Assembly (NCBI GenBank): GCA_040755995.1
Contig: JBFMAF010000030.1
Location: 1 to 62,007 of the forward strand
From: Acidobacteriota bacterium
Lineage (GTDB): Bacteria > Acidobacteriota > CAIWXX01
Reading direction: 5' to 3'
DNA: 62,007 nucleotides
Below, one piece after another: positions 37,205 through 46,139 of the stretch. How positions within the stretch are numbered: the stretch's first letter is position 1; each line of letters begins with the position of its first letter. Both the position numbers and the translations under genes were made by a program. The notes beneath the pieces are model-generated. The model ran no database searches, was not told the DNA's origin, and saw only the letters and a list, made by a program, of their open reading frames with translations.

Positions 37205-38436
37205 ATGCCACGACCGGCAGCGAGCCGATCGACGGCAACAGAGTCGAAGTCGAGCTGGACAACCCGAAGGCACGCGGTTGGCTCCTGTCGGCGATCAATG
37301 GCAGCCGGAAGCGCGTGCACTTTCAGGTTTACATGGCGCTCGATGATGATGTCGGAACTCAGGTCGAGGCGGCATTGGCCGCTGCCGGTGCGCGCGGTGT
37401 TACCGTTCGCGTGCTCGTCGATTCGCTGCACGGGCTGCACGGCTCATTCGGCGCGCGCAATCCACTTCTCGAGCGGCTCTCGTCTCGGCCGGGGGTTGAG
37501 CTCCGCGTGTCGAAACCGATTACGGGCCCGCCATCGCTCGAGGACCTGAAGCAACGCGACCACCGCAAGCTTGTCGTGGTGGATGGGGAGCTATCCCTGC
37601 TCGGTGGACGTAACCTGTCGCACGAGTACTACGCGGGTTTTGGCGAGGTCCCTCTGACCGCCGCAACGACGTGGCGTAGAGTCCCGTGGCTCGACGCCGG
37701 TGCACGCGTCGAAGGGCCCGCCGTGGCTGCGCTGGAACGCTCATTCTTGCAGGCGTGGACCGATGCTGGCGGGGAACCGTTTGAACTCTGCGTTCCCGCG
37801 CCGGCCGCTGCAACCAGGGCGCGTGTGGTGGTGCACCGTGGCCTGCGCGATGCACACACCCTCGAAGCCTACCTGGCGCTGATCGAGACCGCTCGCTCAC
37901 ACATATACGTGCTGAACACCTTTCCGCTGCTGCTCGAGATCCAGCATGCGTTGCTACGCGCGTTGCGCCGCGGGGTGCGTGTCCGAACGCTGTTCGGAAA
38001 CCTGACGCCCAAACACGGGGACGAGCTGTTCAAAGGGCCAATGGCGGCGGCGCGCAGCGCGGCGACGTCCTTCGTGCACTCCCGGATGGATCCGCTCGTT
38101 GCGGCGGGAGGCGAGTGCTACGAGTTCGTCGTGCCCAGGCAACCCGGCTGGGATCCGGCAGTCGGCCATGTGCGACCCCACGTGCACGCAAAGGCGATGA
38201 GCGCCGACGGGAGGGTCTGCGCGGTCGGCAGCGCGAACCTCGACGTCACTGCGGGATACTGGGAAAGCGAACTGCTGCTTGTCGTTGAGGACGAAGCGAT
38301 AGCACGTGCGGTCGAGGCCCGGTTCGACCAATTGATCGCCGGCTCCGATCGAGTCGACCCAAATGATCTTGAATGGCGCCGTCGAGCCGAGCGCCGCCGG
38401 TGGATGCGCTACTGGCCAGGAATGCTGTCGGCCTGA
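37054..38436 (+). CDS. Phospholipase D / cardiolipin synthase-like protein (two HKD motifs)
   Basis: GNRVEVELD, RDHRKLVVVDG, GGRNL, HVHAKAMSADG, GSANLD. No convincing independent start. Confidence 0.85.
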   Translation: MPRFVSDDWKGSSGSTGARGGRGSGPARRLAALAAAPAAPRGRASLEERLNATTGSEPIDGNRVEVELDNPKARGWLLSAINGSRKRVHFQVYMALDDDVGTQVEAALAAAGARGVTVRVLVDSLHGLHGSFGARNPLLERLSSRPGVELRVSKPITGPPSLEDLKQRDHRKLVVVDGELSLLGGRNLSHEYYAGFGEVPLTAATTWRRVPWLDAGARVEGPAVAALERSFLQAWTDAGGEPFELCVPAPAAATRARVVVHRGLRDAHTLEAYLALIETARSHIYVLNTFPLLLEIQHALLRALRRGVRVRTLFGNLTPKHGDELFKGPMAAARSAATSFVHSRMDPLVAAGGECYEFVVPRQPGWDPAVGHVRPHVHAKAMSADGRVCAVGSANLDVTAGYWESELLLVVEDEAIARAVEARFDQLIAGSDRVDPNDLEWRRRAERRRWMRYWPGMLSA

Positions 38437-38441
38437 TGAAT

Positions 38442-39446
38442 TCAGTCGCCGAACTCGGTCACCTGATCCTTTGGCCGAAGGGCGGCGATGTAGTGGTGAG
38501 GCGCATGCAGATCAACCATGTACCGCGAGGATGAACGGCGCTTCTCGGGCGCGAAGAAGGCCAAAACGGAGCGGGGGATTTCCTTCAGGCTGGCCAGCTG
38601 CGCAACAGGAGACTCGGCGCGCTGCCACTCGCCATCTGCATACCGATACTCCTGCCCGAAATGCACGAACGGTCCCCACTTCGCCGGGGGGAGCGCCGGT
38701 ATGGGATCCCGTGGGATGACGTAACGGAACAACTTCCGTTCGACCTCGTGCGTGGCCTGCGGCAAGGGTGCCGCCACGGCCATCGGCTGGCCGAATGTGT
38801 AGACCGCCCGCGACCGATCGGCGAGCGACCGATGCGCGCTATTAGCGGAGACGCTCAGTGCGAAGAGCGCGGCCATCGCGCCGCCAAGGCTATGTCCAGT
38901 CACGTACAGAGCCTCGAGGGGACGCTCGACTCTTTGGGCGTGATCGGCCAGCGATCTTCCTTCACCCGCGAAGGTCAACTCGCGCAGGACTCCCCACCAC
39001 GTCGCCCGGACATTCCGGTGGAATCCGGCATGCACTCTGACTTTCTCCGCCCCGTCGCAAACCGATAGCGTGCTCGACTCCGATCCGACCTCGACGTCCC
39101 CAAGCCAGTTGACAAAATTCCCCGTTTCGGTCCCGCGGTAACACAGTATAACTACCCGGCCGCAGCGGCTCTGCACCAGGTACGCGGTCGAGAAGATGAA
39201 CATCGCATCAACCGTCTGCGAGATGCGCACGCAGGCGTGGCGCTCGAAGCCGACCCTGACCATCATCGTGCTGATCGTATTGGTGTCGGCATAGCCGTAT
39301 CCCGCACACGTCCCGAGCACGTGAGCGACCGTCGCGTCGCGCTCAGCGGGCACCGTCATGTGTGCGGCCGCAAGGGTCTCGACAAGTTCAGGGTAGAGGG
39401 GAAAGGGATGGGCGCAGGTCCCACCGATGGTTCTCTCATCGATCAT
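38442..39446 (-). CDS. Lipase class 3 family protein
   Basis: LCYRGTE, VHAGFH, VTGHSLGGAMA, YTFGQP, DPIPALP, terminal His region. Confidence 0.9.
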   Translation of the reverse strand: MIDERTIGGTCAHPFPLYPELVETLAAAHMTVPAERDATVAHVLGTCAGYGYADTNTISTMMVRVGFERHACVRISQTVDAMFIFSTAYLVQSRCGRVVILCYRGTETGNFVNWLGDVEVGSESSTLSVCDGAEKVRVHAGFHRNVRATWWGVLRELTFAGEGRSLADHAQRVERPLEALYVTGHSLGGAMAALFALSVSANSAHRSLADRSRAVYTFGQPMAVAAPLPQATHEVERKLFRYVIPRDPIPALPPAKWGPFVHFGQEYRYADGEWQRAESPVAQLASLKEIPRSVLAFFAPEKRRSSSRYMVDLHAPHHYIAALRPKDQVTEFGD

Positions 39447-39544
39447 TGGAAACCTCGTCTTCTGAGCTTTTGCCCATAATATGCCGCCTCACAGGCTATT
39501 CACGTCACGATAGAAAACAGGAGTGGCTAGTTGCTCGTCAAAAA

Positions 39545-40594
39545 CTAGCGCGCGTTCTCAAGCCGTCGCTTCGTCGCGGCAAGCGCAGCGGCGGTTCCTT
39601 TCTCCACCTCGCTCCGGACCCGTCCTCGGATCACCCGCCCTTGGAAACCGCTCAGGCCGTCGGATCTGCTGCGATTCACTGTCACAAACCAGAAGCCCGG
39701 ACCGCGTGCCGGATCGGGAAGCAGGGTCTGCAACTCTAGCGCGGTCCAGAAGTAGTGACTCGCGTAAAGCATTTTCGACGCCACCACCGTATCTTCCGGG
39801 CCCTCACGGACGACCATGTGACTGATTCGAAGCGTCGGCTTGAGGCCGAACTGGGTTTCCTGCCAATACAGAAAGGAGCGGGCTCCTTCAAGGTGAGCCT
39901 TCGGGAAATCAAGAAGGTATTGCCGCATCCAGGGTATGAAAGCGGCAAGGTTTGGCATCTGGTCTATCATCGCCCGGAACTCTTCATCCACGAACGTCGG
40001 CCGGGACTTGTCACGGTACACGGCAAGCCTTTCGTTTCCCCCTTCCAGGTATCCCTTGACGTAATTCAGAGCGATCTCTCGTACTACCGCGTTTGCCTGC
40101 GCCTCAGGATTCGGGCCCTTCCAATCAACCTCAGCCCGCAGCCGCTCCAACGCATCCTGACTCAACTTGATCTCACAGTCCCCAACCTTACAAGTCCGGA
40201 GGTCCTCAAGATCCTCTTCGGGAAACCGCATTTGGGCAAAGTCCTCGATGCGGGGCGGACTGCTGATCCGCTTGGTCACTTTGAACCCGCCCCCAATTTC
40301 GAAGTTTTCGATGTCCCGGATTGCCTCGACGTACCGGGAGATAGGCGCGTTGATCCAGACTGCGCCGAACGCCACAGTCTCGACACTTGGGTCTGAATCG
40401 AGGAGTTTCGTGATCGGTCCACCGTCTCGAAGCAGCTGGTACTCGGCGGGCGCAGGATGCACTGTTGTGGCAAGAAAGCTTTCGAGTTTAGGTGGTAGTC
40501 GGCCTGACGACTGCTGAGAGGCGGGGGCCGCCCGAGCGACCACCAGGACAAATACCGCCAGCGCCGAACAACCGATCTTCGACTCGGTGCGCAT
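39545..40594 (-). CDS. Conserved-looking hypothetical secreted protein
   Basis: Signal peptide after ATG 40594; FLYWQETQFGLKPTLRISH, KMLYASHYF. Function not recognised. Confidence 0.7.
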   Translation of the reverse strand: MRTESKIGCSALAVFVLVVARAAPASQQSSGRLPPKLESFLATTVHPAPAEYQLLRDGGPITKLLDSDPSVETVAFGAVWINAPISRYVEAIRDIENFEIGGGFKVTKRISSPPRIEDFAQMRFPEEDLEDLRTCKVGDCEIKLSQDALERLRAEVDWKGPNPEAQANAVVREIALNYVKGYLEGGNERLAVYRDKSRPTFVDEEFRAMIDQMPNLAAFIPWMRQYLLDFPKAHLEGARSFLYWQETQFGLKPTLRISHMVVREGPEDTVVASKMLYASHYFWTALELQTLLPDPARGPGFWFVTVNRSRSDGLSGFQGRVIRGRVRSEVEKGTAAALAATKRRLENAR

Positions 40595-40664
40595 TTGAGA
40601 AATTGCTTTTCTCGTGTTTCGAGAAATGGATCTCATCACAGCCGGACAACAGCCGAGTGCACTC

Positions 40665-40692
40665 ATCGTCCTCCCCCCGGGGGGAGGACGAT
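40665..40692. repeat. 28-bp perfect palindrome with no spacer
   Basis: ATCGTCCTCCCCCC|GGGGGGAGGACGAT. Confidence 0.9.
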
Positions 40693-40796
40693 CGGCGTCG
40701 TCAACCGCTCTCCTGGCACGAGGATATAGGACTTTGCTTCTTGGCCTCGGCCGGAGGAATACCACGAACGTAGTAAGAGGCCACCGCTAGAACGAC

Positions 40797-40842
40797 CCCG
40801 AGCCCCATCGGGTATATGCGAATATACCCGATGGGGCTCGGG
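40797..40842. repeat. Perfect 21-bp inverted repeat with a 4-nt GCGA loop
   Basis: CCCGAGCCCCATCGGGTATAT-GCGA-ATATACCCGATGGGGCTCGGG. Confidence 0.9.
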
Positions 40843-40973
40843 AAGTTGTTGGCTGGGCGCGAGCGAGCAAATCATGGTCGAAACATTGGGCTGCGGAGGT
40901 GACTTGTCAAGTTTCAGAGAAGGCTCAGGCGGGGAAGGGCGGGAGGTCTGGACGGCTACTGGGCGCAGCAGGC

Positions 40974-41900
40974 GTCGGCAGCGTCTGCTCGCACCTGCGG
41001 GGGAAGGTAGTGGATGAGGTCGGCGGTGAGCCGCCTCGTGGCGCCGACGGTGAGTTGTGCATTGCCGGCCCGAGCGTGATGAGCGGCTACTGGAACGCAA
41101 CATCACAGTGGTCTCACTCGCCTCGATCCTCGGGAACCTCCTCTTCTGCATGGCCGTCTACCGCCGCTTCTCCGTCTTCCTACCTGGTGACGGTGGAAGA
41201 CGCCAGCCGGTTCCTTCCGGCGGGGTTCCTGGACGCCAGCATCCGGAAGATGGGCGACGGGCGTTACATGGCCGCAGTCTCGGTCTACGCCTCCGACCCA
41301 GATGCATCCGACGTACTCCCCGATGAAACGCTCGATGCCCTGCAGCGGACCTGCGGGCCGTTCTTCGTCTTCTCCTTCTCACGATTGAATCGCGACGTCC
41401 AGAGCCAGGTCGCCTCGGACGCACGTCGATCGCTTCAGCTCACCGTCGCCGGCATCGTGCTGATCGTCCTTCTCTGCTTCCGAAGCGTTCCAATCTCGCT
41501 CGCCGTTCTTACCCCCACGGCCTTCTCCATCATCATCACCTTCGGCCTCCTTATCCTGCTCCACCATCCGTTCAGCCTGATGGCCGTCGCATCCCTCCCC
41601 CTCATCATCGGCATCGGGATCGACAACGGCATTCACATGGCGAATCGGTACCTCGAAGGAGGCGGCAAGGACATCATCGCAGTCGTCCGCGCCACCGGGG
41701 CCGCTCTGTTCCTGAGCAACCTCACGACGCTGGTCGGCTTCGGAGCGCTCATGCTGTCAGACTTCTATCCGCTCGCCGAGCTCGGCCTGGTCACGACCAC
41801 CGGGATGGCGCTCACCATGAGCGCATCGATGCTGTTCCTGCCAGCGGCCATCCTGCTGCTGGAACGCCGCCGTGCCGCGCGGTCGAGGCGGCAGGCATAG
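40974..41900 (+). pseudogene. Mosaic remnant of the duplicated A-domain and MMPL genes (two internal deletions)
   Basis: 40974-41096 matches 30542-30664; 41093-41181 matches 31899-31987; 41182-41900 matches 32914-33632. Confidence 0.9.
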
Positions 41901-41917
41901 AAAGGTCCGAGCAGATC

Positions 41918-41950
41918 TTGCAGAACATCTATATGTGACTATAATAGTCA
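41918..41950 (+). promoter_or_regulatory. vapBC promoter with palindromic operator TGACTAT-A-ATAGTCA
   Basis: TTGCAG (41918)-N16-TATAAT (41940); palindrome 41936-41950 covers the -10. Confidence 0.75.
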
Positions 41951-41971
41951 GGAGATGCTTGGAGGACTGAG

Positions 41972-42262
41972 ATGAAGACGGCAGCGGTAGCTGAATTGAA
42001 AGCCTCGTTGAGCGAATACCTCGCGAGGGTGAAGTCAGGCGAGGAGGTCCTGGTCACGGACAGGGGCAGCCCGATCGCCAAGATCATCCCCGCCCCAAGA
42101 TCGGGGGCGGGCACCGCGCACCTGCGAGAATTGGAAAAAGCCGGATTGATCGCGATAGGCAGGGGGAAGCTCCCGAAAGACTTCTGGTCTCTTCCACGGC
42201 CGGCTGATCCTAAGGGGACCGTTCTGAGCGCCTTGCTGGAAGAGCGCCGGGAGACGCGGTGA
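41972..42262 (+). CDS. vapB: Phd/YefM family antitoxin
   Basis: MKTAAVAELKASLSEYLARVKSGEEVLVTDRGSPIAKIIP. Confidence 0.92.
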   Translation: MKTAAVAELKASLSEYLARVKSGEEVLVTDRGSPIAKIIPAPRSGAGTAHLRELEKAGLIAIGRGKLPKDFWSLPRPADPKGTVLSALLEERRETR

Positions 42263-42702
42263 GGTTCTGGGATGCCTCGGCCATGGTGCCGTTGTGCGTG
42301 ATCGAGGCGATGTCCCCCGTCATCACGCGCCTCCTCAAGGAGGACGAGGCGATGGTGGTCTGGTGGGGATCGAGGGTCGAATTAGTCTCTGCGCTGGCAC
42401 GGCGACACCGCGCTGGCGCGCTCGATAGCACAGCGCTGGGCAAGGCGATCGCCGTCCTCGACTCAATGGCGGGGAAATGGAGTGAGATCCAGCCGGTCTC
42501 CGTGGTGCGAGATGCGGCGGAGCGCCTGCTGCGAGTGCATCCGCTCCGGGCCGCCGACGCACTCCAGGTGGCGGCAGCCCTGCTTTGGTCAGGTCCCTCC
42601 CCCCGCGGCCATGTCCTGATCTGTCTGGATCGCAACATGCGCAACGCGGCCGAGAAGGAGGGATTCACCGTGCTGCCCCCGAGCGACAGGATCCCCTCGT
42701 GA
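42259..42702 (+). CDS. vapC: PIN-domain toxin
   Basis: FWDASAMVPL, RVELVSAL, LRAADALQVAAAL, CLDRNM; GTGA overlap with the antitoxin. Confidence 0.92.
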   Translation: MRFWDASAMVPLCVIEAMSPVITRLLKEDEAMVVWWGSRVELVSALARRHRAGALDSTALGKAIAVLDSMAGKWSEIQPVSVVRDAAERLLRVHPLRAADALQVAAALLWSGPSPRGHVLICLDRNMRNAAEKEGFTVLPPSDRIPS

Positions 42703-42769
42703 CGAACCCGGCAAGATTGGGATTCGATCGTGAAAACCCCGCCTCAGCCGTCGCGGCCTCACGGTTGAG

Positions 42770-43654
42770 ATGACGCGCACGCGCCATACAACGGCAGTCG
42801 CGCTGGCCGCCTGCATGACGGCCTGCACGAGTCACTACGTGATCCACCCGAGCGCGCCGCCGGGTGGAATCGCGACGCAACGCGAAGTTGTGACGAGAGG
42901 CCCGTTGCGGATGCACGTGGAATGGGCAAGGCCGGTTGGCGAGGGACCCTTTGCCACCGTGGTGGTCCACCCCGAGGCCGGCGCGCGCGCCGTCGACATG
43001 CGCGGGGTCGCATGGGACCTGGCGCGGCACGGATACCTCTCGGCCGCTATCGACTACGAGCGGCTCGAGAACGGCCGGTACCGGCACACGCTGTTCCCGT
43101 GGAGAGAAGAGGGCGACCCCGTAGTCTGCCTCGATGTCGTGCGGGCCGCAGCTCTGGTGGACCGCGGCCGGATCGCCCTGCTCGGCTTTTCTCAGGGTGG
43201 TGTATTCAGCCTCCTGATCGCCGCACAGACGCCGGACATACGGGCCGTCGTCGCCTACTACCCGGTCACCGACTTCGAGCATTGGCTGAACGACCCGAGC
43301 TACGGGACGTTCCGGCGCATGGTGTTCTGGTTCATCAGGCGGCACTTCAAGAAGGTGTCCGGAGCCTCGAGCGACGAGGATTTTTCCCGCATCCTCGAGA
43401 TGGCTTCGCCGCTGGCCCAGGCCGAGTCCATAAGTGCGCCCGTGCTGCTCATCCACGGGACCAGGGACAGGTCGGCACCGATTGAGGAGTCGCGGCGCAT
43501 GGAGCGGCGCCTGCGCGAGCTCGGCCGCGACGTGAGACTGCTGGAAGTCGACGGCGCCGGGCACGTGTTCAACTTCAAGGAGGGCGACGCCGACCAGGCG
43601 CGCCGCGCCTGGGACGAGACGCTCCGCTGGCTGGACGCGCACATGAGCCGGTAG
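42770..43654 (+). CDS. Alpha/beta hydrolase (dienelactone hydrolase/peptidase S9-like), probable lipoprotein
   Basis: LAACMTAC, LGFSQGG, VLLIHGTRD, GAGHVF. Confidence 0.88.
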   Translation: MTRTRHTTAVALAACMTACTSHYVIHPSAPPGGIATQREVVTRGPLRMHVEWARPVGEGPFATVVVHPEAGARAVDMRGVAWDLARHGYLSAAIDYERLENGRYRHTLFPWREEGDPVVCLDVVRAAALVDRGRIALLGFSQGGVFSLLIAAQTPDIRAVVAYYPVTDFEHWLNDPSYGTFRRMVFWFIRRHFKKVSGASSDEDFSRILEMASPLAQAESISAPVLLIHGTRDRSAPIEESRRMERRLRELGRDVRLLEVDGAGHVFNFKEGDADQARRAWDETLRWLDAHMSR

Positions 43655-43797
43655 CGCGGTTTCGCGCGGGCGGGCGGCTTGACCTGCGTGAAAGTACTAT
43701 GCATACGTAAAGGGGCGCTTTCGATATGCATGCATGAGCAAAGGTCACATTTCGATTCCCACGGACGCTGTACCTGGTTCCTCCAGCCCCGCGACTG

Positions 43798-44901
43798 CTA
43801 CTTCATGACTTGCGCCGCTTCGAGCAGCTCGGCGGTTGGCGTCCGATTGTCCCGGCAGTATCGGGCTAGCTCGGCGAAAAGCAGGTCCTTGTCGGATGCC
43901 AGTTCATCAAGGGCTCGGCGAGCCAGCTCCTGCTGAGGCGGCGTCCCCCAGAAGCGGGCTACCCCAAGGTTGATGACGGCCTCGCCGCGGAAGCGACGGT
44001 CTGGGCCGGTCCTGGCAGTCTGGATGACCGTTTCGATCTCAGTGTCACCGGCCGACAGTTCGATCTGATCTGATCCGACGGCGTTAATGCGACCGAAGAG
44101 ATTGATCTCGGTCAGACGTACGCGCGTCAGCAGCTTCTGCGGCCCCGCCTCCGAAGCGATGACGGCAGCAACCAGGGCGAGCCTGGTGTCACCTATTGCA
44201 CGTGCACGGTCGTAAATCGCCTCGGTGCCGATCCGGATACAAGCCAGCCCGACGAGATCCGCCACGATCGTGAAATCCTCCTGACGGAGAAGCCGGCCGA
44301 GCCGGATGGCGCGACGGAAGTCCGCAAGAGCTGCCGCATCGTCTGCGGCTGTCATGCCGCGCGCCACGTAGGACTTGGCAAGCGTGATCGGAAGGATGAG
44401 ATTCGGAATCCCAGTAGATAGACCCTGGATCTTGAAGAACTCTGGATAGAACCGCATCGTGGCCTGCTCGCACCAGGGTTCGGCCTCGCGCACGAGCGGG
44501 TCGTCGGCGGGCAGGGTGTTTCCCAGTGTGGGGTGCACAATAAAGCGCTTCTTGGCCGCTTCGAATTCAGCCAACCGCGCGCCCGCGGGGACCTTCGTGA
44601 AATCCTTGAACCAGATAGCAGCGTTGGCTGGTCCCGTGCCCAAAGGCGCAAGGGCGTCAAGGTCGGTGCGGAAGCGCAGCGGCCACTTTTCCGCCTCGGG
44701 GCCCGCCCAGTACGGGATTCCGAGGTTCTTGAGCTCGATCGCACGGGGATCTGGGACGTTAGCGGCTGCCGCCTTGGGACTCGATGTCGTACCCTGATCG
44801 CGAGAAAACAGCCGAACGGCCAGCGACCCGGCTAGTAAGACCAGGAAGGTCGCTGCGAGCATAACAGGAACGGCTTTTCGAGAGCTGAGCGGATCATTCA
44901 T
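43798..44901 (-). CDS. Hypothetical membrane-anchored helical protein, third gene of the ECF operon
   Basis: RBS GGAAGGAG before ATG 44901; N-terminal TM; start overlaps the anti-sigma stop region; paralog at 34241. Confidence 0.75.
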   Translation of the reverse strand: MNDPLSSRKAVPVMLAATFLVLLAGSLAVRLFSRDQGTTSSPKAAAANVPDPRAIELKNLGIPYWAGPEAEKWPLRFRTDLDALAPLGTGPANAAIWFKDFTKVPAGARLAEFEAAKKRFIVHPTLGNTLPADDPLVREAEPWCEQATMRFYPEFFKIQGLSTGIPNLILPITLAKSYVARGMTAADDAAALADFRRAIRLGRLLRQEDFTIVADLVGLACIRIGTEAIYDRARAIGDTRLALVAAVIASEAGPQKLLTRVRLTEINLFGRINAVGSDQIELSAGDTEIETVIQTARTGPDRRFRGEAVINLGVARFWGTPPQQELARRALDELASDKDLLFAELARYCRDNRTPTAELLEAAQVMK

Positions 44902-45307
44902 CGTTGTTACTCCTTCCGATCGTCGTGTGAATGGCAGGGTAAATGCTGCGGGCAGCCTCGTCGTCGTGGATTGCGAGCGCGCCAATGAGGGGCCGGGCGT
45001 CCAGACGTATGGGCCGCATGTCCGCAGTGACGACTAGGTCGTCACGTTCACGGGGGCTGATGGCCAGTGTTTTGTTCGGCTTGCGAGGTTGCAGTGAGAT
45101 CGCCAGGTGACAGACAAGAAGGGCAACGACGCAGCCCAACCAAGCAAGTCGGAGGATCGGGTTGCCCCATATGCCGGCCCAACGGTCGCGGATAGCTGCC
45201 TGTGCAAGAGCCCGCCTGGCTGGCGTGAGAACCAGTCGGCGCAGCTCAGGGGGTGGCTCGGCTGGTTCGAGCCCGTTCAGGAAAGGAGAGAGCTGTTCGT
45301 CTTTCAT
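44894..45307 (-). CDS. Putative membrane-bound anti-sigma factor
   Basis: PAEPPPELRRLVL followed by a single TM; ATGA overlap with the ECF sigma. Confidence 0.65.
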   Translation of the reverse strand: MKDEQLSPFLNGLEPAEPPPELRRLVLTPARRALAQAAIRDRWAGIWGNPILRLAWLGCVVALLVCHLAISLQPRKPNKTLAISPRERDDLVVTADMRPIRLDARPLIGALAIHDDEAARSIYPAIHTTIGRSNNDE

Positions 45308-45894
45308 CGTTTCCCCTCCAAGAGCTCCCGGAGCTTCTTGACGCCCTGCCGGTACCGGCTGGCAGCGGTGAACTGTGGGATTCCGAGAGCCTTGCCCACT
45401 TCTTCAAACGTGTTGCCGGCGTAGTGATGCAGGTAGATCACGCTGCGTTGCTCAGCCGAGAGCTCTTCCAATAGCCGCGAGGCACGCCGCGCATCCATCT
45501 CGCGGTCAGGGTCCTCCGCGGGAGCCGTGAGATACGCACAAACATCGAGAGACTCCGTTCTCCGAACTGATCGCCGGCGACAGAAATCGACCGCCGCTCT
45601 GTGCGTGACGGCAAGCAACCAGGCGCGCGGATCTTCTACATTTATGAGCCGGTTGCGCCGCTCGGCCAGACGCAAGAAGACTCCCTGGACGACGTCTGCC
45701 GCGTCTTCCTTCGAGCCTGTCCGCCAGAGGGCGAGACCGTACAGGGTTCGCGCGCTCACGTCGTAGAGCGTCTCGAGCGCCTCCGGGTCCCCGTCGGCAA
45801 GGCGGGCAAACAACGACCGCCACCCCGCCAGGGGCATCTCGAAGTCCGCGTTCACCGATCGCTCGACGCGAGATCGCTCGGCCATGACCCCCAT
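45304..45894 (-). CDS. ECF RNA polymerase sigma factor
   Basis: GDPEALETLYD, DAADVVQGVFL, AWLLAVTHRAAVD, LSAEQRSVIYL...TFEEVGKALGIP. Confidence 0.93.
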   Translation of the reverse strand: MGVMAERSRVERSVNADFEMPLAGWRSLFARLADGDPEALETLYDVSARTLYGLALWRTGSKEDAADVVQGVFLRLAERRNRLINVEDPRAWLLAVTHRAAVDFCRRRSVRRTESLDVCAYLTAPAEDPDREMDARRASRLLEELSAEQRSVIYLHHYAGNTFEEVGKALGIPQFTAASRYRQGVKKLRELLEGKR

Positions 45895-46139
45895 ATTCTA
45901 TCGACGCACGAGCAGCGGCGACTTGTCAATCCTCCGGTGCGAGTCGAGTGAGTGAGAGGGGTCGGCCGCAGAAGGATCACGCGTTGATGGTGGAGTCGGG
46001 ACAACGCGATCGTCCAGCTGCCGGCACGTACGTCCTCGCGCCTGCGCACCGACCATTGTGGCCGATCGCGCATACCAATAGAATAGCCGCCTGGTGGATC
46101 ATGCACCGGCCGAGAGCCGATGAGCACATGGAGGGACTG

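Noticed and set aside
45895..45929. TTGACA and TAGAAT upstream of the ECF sigma gene
   Set aside because: The spacing is 23 bp, incompatible with a single sigma70 promoter.
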